A stretch of DNA of 64,000 nucleotides, taken from NCBI RefSeq assembly GCF_009914755.1, contig NC_060926.1; one strand, written 5' to 3'. The position numbers and the translations under genes were made by a program. The notes under the pieces were generated by a model, which was given only the letters and a program-made list of their open reading frames with translations, was not told where the DNA came from and made no database searches. Below are positions 51,894 to 64,000 of this stretch, piece after piece (position 1 is the stretch's first letter; each line of letters opens with the position of its first letter). Source of the stretch: the human T2T-CHM13v2.0 reference genome, Homo sapiens.

Positions 51894-52199
51894 TTTTTTT
51901 TTTTTTTTTTTTTTTTTTGAGACAGAGTCTTGCTCTGTCTCCCAGGCTGGAGTGCAGTGGCGCCATCTCGGCCCACTGCAACCTCTGCCTCCTGGTTCAA
52001 GCAATTCTCCTGCCTCAGCCTCCCGAGTAGCTGGGATTACCAGTGACCACCACCATGCCTGGCTAATTTTTGTATTTTCAGTAGAGACGGGGTTTCACCA
52101 TGTTGGCCAGGCTGGTCTCAAACTCCTCATCTCAGGTGATCTGCCTGTCTTGGCCTCCCAAAGTGCTGGGATTCCAGGCATGAGCCACTGCTCCTGGCC
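51894..52199 (-). mobile_element. Alu (AluS-type)
   Basis: Antisense Alu. Confidence 0.92.
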
Positions 52200-53328
52200 T
52201 CAGGTTAAATTATAAATTCCTCCCAATGTCAGCTTGGCCTATGTCCAGGAATGACCAAGGACAGCTTGGAGGTCAGAAGCAAGATGGAGTCAACTCTGTC
52301 AGATTTCCCTTACTGTCATAATTTTGCAAAGGTGGTTTCAAGATTATTAGTATAGTTTTTACAGATAAAGAAATCGAGTCCTGGTTAAGTCATATAACTT
52401 TATTCTAACTATCCTTCAGCAAGTGCTAAAAATAGTTCTATGCTATAAAGGTACAGAAAAGTAAAGAATTTGGTCTGGCTATGGATAAGACAGGTGTTTG
52501 TATGTGTAATTCTGACCAATAAAATTTTATGATAGTGTGAACAAAAGTGCTAAGTAACTAAAAGTCAAGGTAAATGTGACTAGTCAAACAAAAGAGTTCA
52601 TGAAATCATGACTTGAGATGGGTAGAATTTATCCAGAGCCCTATGACTTGTAAGAGAATTGGGATTTGTGTACATCATGGTGTTCATTATATACTACTAT
52701 TTTCTGCCTGAAAATTAAAATTAGAGTAGAACGTACGATGAAGCATTCATTGAAGAAGTAAAGAGAAGACCTTATGAATCCTTATGCCTACTATATTGTC
52801 TTGATCTTCTGAACACAGTTTATTTTCCTTCAATGAATTTTGACAAGATGATTCAGAGAATTTAGCAGATGGCAGTTTTGAGGAAAGAACAGATGCATTT
52901 CTTTTTTCTCTCTCCAGTTTGTGATTTATAAAGCAGTCACATTATTCAGTTGTTTCACTCTCTGCAATAGCTACAGCATTGGAGTAGGTGAACTAATACA
53001 TGATTTACAAAGATAAGACTAAGCAAATGAAGTTCTTGTGAAGCAAATAAAATGTTTGGTTTCTCTCCGGTATCTTTGGATGCAAAGTAGTGGTGGTTAT
53101 TCCTACCACCACCCCAAACTGCAGACACGAGCCAGAGTTCCTTGCTTGAGGAAGAAGACATTAAGAAACATTTATTTGTTTTGCCAGATACCAAAAAGTA
53201 TTCAGGAGAGTTACGTGGTCCCTACCCCCGAGTCCCTTACAATCTGGTTGGGAAGACAGAAATGAAGAACATACCTTAAGTCTGCATATTGCTAGTACTT
53301 TACAATTTATGAGCACTTTTCTCATACA

Positions 53329-54242
<914 letters not shown>

Positions 54243-54318
54243 TATTCTGTTTCAAGAGAGTCTTGGAGTCACCATCCAAGCTGCCCAGTTGACAGACTAG
54301 AAGCCACATGATTTTTAA

Positions 54319-54649
<331 letters not shown>

Positions 54650-55545
54650 AGGAACTAAATTTCAGTACTTGAATTGCTAAATGTTATGCTATGGACTATG
54701 GACAGTAAAATATTAATGGTCATGCAAGAATGAGGTGACCATTGTTCATTGAGAGATTTTAGGGGGTTTACAAACTCCCTCAAATTGTATGGTAAAGTTT
54801 ATACGTGTGTGTTTCTAGAACGTTCATAGTTTTCAGCAGATTTTTTTCTCGTTTTTTTTTTTAATTGATGTATAATTGGCATTCATATCATCAGATTTTG
54901 AAAGTAAGTCCCTGGCCTTGGAAAAAGGTTTTAAAACTACTTGTCTTGAGTATTTGGAAAACATTTCTTAGAGCATGAGGCCTTGGGGTGAGTTCTGAAA
55001 AATAAGCAAAGAGAGAGCAACCTGGACATATACAGGTGACAGCACCTCTACTTTTCATAAAGTATCCCTTCTTCCCTTTACTGTGCCTCCTGTTACAAGA
55101 GTCCTAATTGATTTGGATATAGTGGTTACTGGTCACATCATAGTCTTAATAATTTTTAGATGTTATTGAACTAGTAGAGTATTTTTCTAGTTAAAATGGG
55201 TGAGGGAAATACATTTAAGAAATCACATTACATGCAATAGAAATGCAAGTTTAACCAGAAAATTGAATAATAATTAATTGCCCAATACTAAGGATATGGT
55301 ATCTACATATTTTAACCCAGAAGCTTATCATGGACCAGAAATTTCTGAGAATATAATTACCAGGAAAAAAAAAAAAAAGACCTAGCCCTTGCTCTCCTGG
55401 AGCTTTCAAAAGGAATCCCACAAATGTGTGTATAATTTTAAAAACTCAGCTATGCTCTTAGATGTCTCTTTTTGGGAAAATCCCAAATAAGATTATTGAC
55501 ATATATTGGCAGGCCCCCTTTCAGATAGTTGTTCTTTTATTAGAT

Positions 55546-55768
55546 GAGTGGATTATCCTGGGGGTTTGGGAGGAGGGATTGTCCCCCAGGGGACATTTGG
55601 CAATGTCTGGAGACATCTTTGGTTGTTTCACCTCGGGGCATGCTACTGATATCTAGTGGATAGAGGACAGGGATGCTGCTAAACCTCCCCTAATGCACAG
55701 GACAGCCCCACAACAAAGAATTTTCCAGCTCAAAATGTCAGTCTTACCATGGTTGAGAAACTCTGCCC
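55546..55768. mobile_element. MER20 (hAT)
   Basis: ccaggggacatttggcaatgtctggagaca..gggatgctgctaaac..ggttgagaaac. Confidence 0.85.
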
Positions 55769-56215
55769 TAGGTGAACATTTCAAAGTAACTGAAAAGTTA
55801 ATATTGCTGAACAGGCCTTTATAAGGTAGAGGCAGCACTTACTCAGGTATTCCAGTACTGCAATATCGTACCATCTTATGGTTCTAGTGTTTCCTCATTA
55901 GTAGGTTTCAGACTTTATTAAAAGTTCCTCTGGTATACTGAATTTATATTCTGCTTTTGGTCCATTTCAATGGAGTGATTAATGTAGTAGGGGATAATGG
56001 CTAAGGTTGGAAGTTGGAACTCTGCTTTTAAAAGAAAAAATGCCCTAAATTTAGTGATATGATTAATATATTGTTATTATTATCTGTTGTCAGTTTTACT
56101 GTAATTGCATGAATATATCTGACAGATAAATCAAAAAAACATGATCAGTTTGGACTGACATACAGGAAGGACTTAGAAAGTAATCAAGATAGGTATTTCT
56201 GGATGAATCTCTATA

Positions 56216-56360
56216 ACAGCGCTTCACTGGCTTTAACATGCAGATGAAACACCTGGGAATCTTAATTAAAATATAAGCTACTGATTCCATACGTCTGAGG
56301 GGAGGTCTGAGAGTATGCCTTTTTATGAAGCTTCTGGGTGGCAAGTCCAGATGAAGCATT
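56216..56360. mobile_element. MER5-family fragment
   Basis: cacctggg..ctgattc..gtctgaggggagg..gagagtatgc. Confidence 0.55.
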
Positions 56361-58256
56361 AGATCATTGCAAAAATAAGTATGCTTTAAGTATCACTTTA
56401 ACCAAAAAGAAGACAATAATTTTTAAAAGACTTTCTGGCTTTTTATTTATTTGTAATTTCATTTTTTAATTATAAAAGTGACATAACTAATGTTGGAGAA
56501 AATTTGAAAAACAGAATAGAAATCTCTAGTACTAATAATGTCTGCCATCTCAATGAAGTTGCTAGTATTTTGTGTATCTTTCAGTTATTTTATCCTAAGC
56601 GCCAATTAAAAATGTTCTTAAAACACTGTATGCATTATACAACTTTTCATTTGCTTTTGTTAGGGAAAAAGGGAAGAAAAACATTCTCCTTTATAGTTTT
56701 CTCACTTGTCTTCTCTGCTACTATGTTTTGTTATTCAGCCTTGAATAATTCTTTTCAGGAAAGAATTTTTTACTCCTTTAAGGAAGAGGCTTGCTGAGAG
56801 AGATCAAGGATCACATGCCTTGCTGTAGAAACTTCATTTTGTAAGCTGACTTATGTCATGTGGTAGTTAAAAATATATTTCTCATCACTGGGAAAACTAA
56901 AATGAGAAAAGTCTGTCCCTTTAAATTTGATTTTGTTTCTCCTTGAAGATGCGTGACTGATGTTCTGAAACTTGACCTAGTCGAAGAACATGAACTTTTT
57001 TTTTCTTAAAGAAATACCTTTTCAGAAGATCAGGACTTGTGAATCAAAAACAAAAACAGAAACAAACAGAACCCCTTTTCTTCCTTAAAATTGGCAGCTT
57101 TTTGACAAATATGTGGTTAAAGTACAAGTTTACCTTGATATGTACAGGTACTTAAAATCTGTAGGTGAAATTGTTATTATGAATCTTATTTTCCATTTAC
57201 TTGTATTAGTTCAGAAATGCCCTCTAATGAGAAGACTATAAAGAAGTTTACAGATTGTTAGAGAAAATTACCCTTTGCTCTATGCTTTTAATGCAGCTTA
57301 TTTACCTATATTTTATTTAATTATATTTTATTTATTTACCTGCTCACCTTAGATAGGCTCAGTATATTTCATGATAGGCTTCTAGACTGACAAGAAATTA
57401 ACTTACACTCTGGAGGGGTTACTATTATTATTTTAAAACTCCATGTAACTTATAAGCCATCTGAGATCTCTGAGGGTTCAGTAAACCATACATAGTTCTT
57501 TAATCTCAACTCATAATTTGTAGAAAGCATCGTGTTTAAAGAAAAATTGTAGAGTCATTTTATAAAGTTGTAAGAAATGTTATTGCTGTTCTGAAAACTA
57601 ATATTTTTTCATATATGCATCTTAATTGTCAATCTGAAAGGTCAGTGACTGATGACAAACTTTCTTCTCCTCATCTTTGGTCTTTGTCTTCTGATACTAC
57701 TCTTTCAAGCCTCTTGATAGTTTCTTTAATTTGACAAATTTCTGAGGTAGATTACATAATGTATCCCATTGGTTAGTTAGCCCTGTTGCACTGCTGAGTG
57801 ATTGTTTTCTGGATTTTCTTAGGTCTGACTCTTTCAGGAATGAATTTTTAAGTTTCCTATAGTTATATCATAATCGGTTCCATTGGGACCTCCTGGAATT
57901 GATTGAAAGCAACACTGTAAATAGTCCAAAGGTTTTAAAAGCTGTATGTTCAGTAAAGCATGTTAATGGTTTAGTAAGCTCATGTATTCTGTACAGTTAC
58001 CAATGTGATTAGGCTTTATAGCAACTATTAGCATTCGGTGACTATGCCAAGGACTTAGCTCATTTACTAAGCTGAGTTCACTCTTTATACAAATGGCTCT
58101 TCAGACATGCCACATTATATTGGAAGAATAGTAATAAAAAGTTCCTCATCTCCTTTCTCAGAGAATTACCATCCACTCTTTCAGTCTTCTTCAATGAGAT
58201 GACTCTACAGCTCACTCAAAAGGAATCTCTTAACCATCCTGTTGCTCCTTACCTAT

Positions 58257-58760
<504 letters not shown>

Positions 58761-58955
58761 CATATTCACATAATCTCTCTTCTCTTTTTGAATTTCCATA
58801 TACCACTACAGAGTTTATTTTTTCACTAATCACTGCAGTTTTTTATCATTTGGGCCAAAGGGACAGCTAACTAGTGGTCATGTTTATGGAAAATTCTTCC
58901 AGTCTTCAGAGTCCTAAGTATAAAACCCACGCTGATCAAAAAAATATCATTCTTG

Positions 58956-59258
58956 GCCTGGATGTGGTGGCTCACGCCTATAATCCCATCACTTTGGGAG
59001 GTTAAGGTGGGTGAATCTCTTGAGCCCTAGAGACCAGCCTGGGCAACATGACAAAACTCCGTCTCTACCAAAAGTACAAAAGTTAACTGGGTGTGGTGGC
59101 ATGCACCTGTAGTCCCAGCTACTCGGGAGGCTGAAGTGGGAAGATCACTTCAGCCTTCACTGAGCCCAGGAGGTTGAGGCTGCAGTGAGCTGTGATCACA
59201 CCACTGCACTCCAGCCTAGGTGACAGAGAGATCCTGTCTCAAAAACAGAAAACAAAAA
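58956..59258 (+). mobile_element. AluJ-type
   Basis: TSD AAAA(A/G)TATCATTCT. Confidence 0.9.
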
Positions 59259-60009
59259 GTATCATTCTCATACTTTTTGTAATTCTGATGCCTATCTCAC
59301 CCTTTGAATACATCAGAGTATTAAAATGTGAGTCACAAAATAATGAGAGGAAGATGAGTGTAGGAGCAGGATACTATCCATAGAAACAGAACTTGGAACT
59401 TTAAGAAATTGGGGTCTCTGGAAAATAAATGAAGACCAAGACCAACTAATAGGAAATAATTTGCTCATATATTTTTGGAGGTACTCGTCGTATTTATTTG
59501 TGGGGTTTTTTTAGTGTCAAATTTTTATTAATAGGGTTTTGTGCAATGAAAAAAAAATAGGGCAATACTTCCACCTTGCTTTCTTAGTGGATAGAAGAAA
59601 CAATATTACTTCTCAACTTTGACTGATCTACATATGTTTTTGAGGCTAATGAGCTGAGGTCTAAGGTTAGAACTGTAAGAAAAAAGAATGAAGAGAGCCA
59701 GTTCCTTCTTCTGAGGTGTTCAGATGAGCTCAAAATTAGGGCTGACTTACCTCAGCAGTGAGATTTTAGGGATGACTGTAATGATTGAATTGACGATAAT
59801 CATCCAGCAGAACATCTGGAAACACATTTGGCCAAATTCTAAGGATCAGTGGCCATAGAATACCACATTGATGTCACACCAGTTACCCCAGAGAAGAAGG
59901 GCTTTTGTGCATGATGTATTACAGTTGGTATAGGTACATGGAGTATTTACATATGGCTGAATGTTTCATTTTGTTTTTGTCAATTTAAAATGAGGCCTGG
60001 AAACAGCCC

Positions 60010-61043
60010 CAAAAATAGACAAATGGAACTTAAACTTTCTGCACAGCGAAAGAAATAACCCACAGAGTAAAGAGACAACCTGTTGAATGGAAGAAAATAT
60101 TTGCAAAGTATTCATCCAATAGGGGTCTAACATCAAAAATACACAAAGAACTTAAACAGCTCAACAACAAGATCCAAATAATCCTACTAAAAAGTGGGCA
60201 AAGGACATGAATAGACATTTTTCAAAAGAAGACATATAAATGGCCAACAGGTATATGAAAAAAATGCTGAACATTACTAATTATCAGAGAAATGCAAATC
60301 GAAACCACAATGAGATATCATCTTACCCCAGTCAGAGTGCCTATTACTACAAAGACAAAAAATAGCAGATGTTGGCAAGGGACTCTTGAGCACTGTTGGT
60401 AAGAATGTAAATTAGCACATCCTTGGAGATAATGCCAAGATAGTATGAAGTTATCTCAAAGAACTAAAAATGGAACTACCATTTGACCCAGCAGTGCCAC
60501 TACTGGGTATCTAACCGCCAGAAAAGAAGTCAGCATATAAAAAAAGTACCTCTACTCGTATGTTTATCACAGCACCATTCATAATAGCAAGGATATGGAA
60601 TCAATCTAAGTGTGCACCAATAGATAAATGGATAAAGAAAATGTAGTACATATATACAATTGGATACTATTTAAGCCAGAAAGAAGAATGAAATCATGTC
60701 AGGGACAGCTGACTAATGGTCATTTGCAGCAAGAACTGGAGGTCATTAAGTGAAACAAGCCAGGCACAGAAAGACAAGTAGCACATGTTCTCACTCATAA
60801 ATAGGTGCTGAAAAAAATGTGTTCAGGTGAATGTAGAGAGGTGGATAGATAATGGAGACCTGGAAGGGAAAGGAAGTCGCAGTGGAGGAGGGGAGGATGA
60901 TCTGAAATTGGTTAGTGGGTACAATTTACCTTATTTGGGTGATGGATACCCTAAAAGCCGTGACTTGACCTCTATGCAATCTATGTATATAACAAAATTG
61001 CACATGTACTTCATAAATTGGTACAAATAAAAAGGAAAAAAAT
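60010..61043 (+). mobile_element. L1 3' end (L1PB-like), degraded ORF2 C-terminus and 3'UTR
   Basis: Homologous to 11630-12314 (aaaagtgggcaaagga, aaatgcaaatc.aaaccacaatgagata); L1PB-type 3'UTR. Confidence 0.88.
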
Positions 61044-61045
61044 AG

Positions 61046-63440
<2,395 letters not shown>

Positions 63441-63759
63441 ACCTGGATTATGTATATAATCTCATAGCCAAAAACGATAATGTAATATCCATATATATGT
63501 GCATATATCTGTGTGTGTGTGATGTTATAATATTAAACTACCTTGCATTCCTGGGATAAACCCTATTAGCTCAAGATTTATAATCTTTTTGATATATTAA
63601 TGGATTTGATTTGCTAATGTTCTATTAAGATTGTGTGTTTATGAAGAATTTTGTTTAAAGCTTTTCTCTTTGAGTACTGTTTTAAAATTTAGCACAAAAA
63701 TTTTGATGTGTTGCATTTCGTCATTCAGTTCAAAATATTTTATTTATTTTTATTTATAT

Positions 63760-64000
63760 TTAAGTTTTTTTAGAGATAGAGTCTTACTCTGTTGCCCAGG
63801 CTAGAGTGCAGTGGCCTCAACTCCTGGGTTTGAGCTATCCTCCTGCTTCAGCCTCCCGAGTAGCTGGGATTACAGGCATGCACCACCATACCTGGCTAAT
63901 TTTTTTTTTTTCTCTGTAGAGGCACATTCTCCCTATGTTGCCCAGACTGGTCTCAAACTCCTGGGCTCAGGCGATCCTCCCACCTTGGTCTCCCAAAGTG
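63760..64000 (-). mobile_element. AluJ-type, cut by window edge
   Basis: Antisense Alu. Confidence 0.88.

Larger units (their letters stand above)
51113..52340 (-). mobile_element. ERV1 solo LTR (LTR8/LTR8A-like) interrupted by two Alus
   Basis: Minus strand starts TGAAACCACCTTTGCAAAATTATGACAG; perfect 4-bp TSD AGAT. Confidence 0.88.

Overview
This is human-type (primate) genomic DNA: Alu-dense, CpG-depleted and almost entirely intronic. The only host protein-coding sequence is a 282-nt internal exon at 6876-7157 (+). Its translation (SIASADMDFNQLEAFLTAQTKKQGG...IIELELGKYGQ) is exon 2 of COMMD1/MURR1, so the window covers the end of intron 1 and about 57 kb of intron 2. The rest is transposon fossils: about 55 Alu copies or fragments, a full-length Tigger1, a near-full-length Charlie3, two Tigger3-family elements, MER5/MER20, an L1PA3-like 3' end with TSDs, older L1/L2/MIR and six LTRs, all antisense to the gene. 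Most ORFs in the track are repeat artefacts. Best leads: (i) the phase 0-0 exon is bracketed by opposite-orientation Alu arrays, predicting a circRNA with a stop-free circular ORF; (ii) a TSD-flanked insertion matching the 3' end of tRNA-Leu(CAA) that seeded a (CA)n; (iii) a hairpin-rich ~410-bp insert in an L2; (iv) a candidate poison exon in the Charlie3 transposase; (v) an antisense LTR12 promoter. Repeat subfamily names come from recalled consensus sequences, and boundaries are approximate unless TSDs are given.
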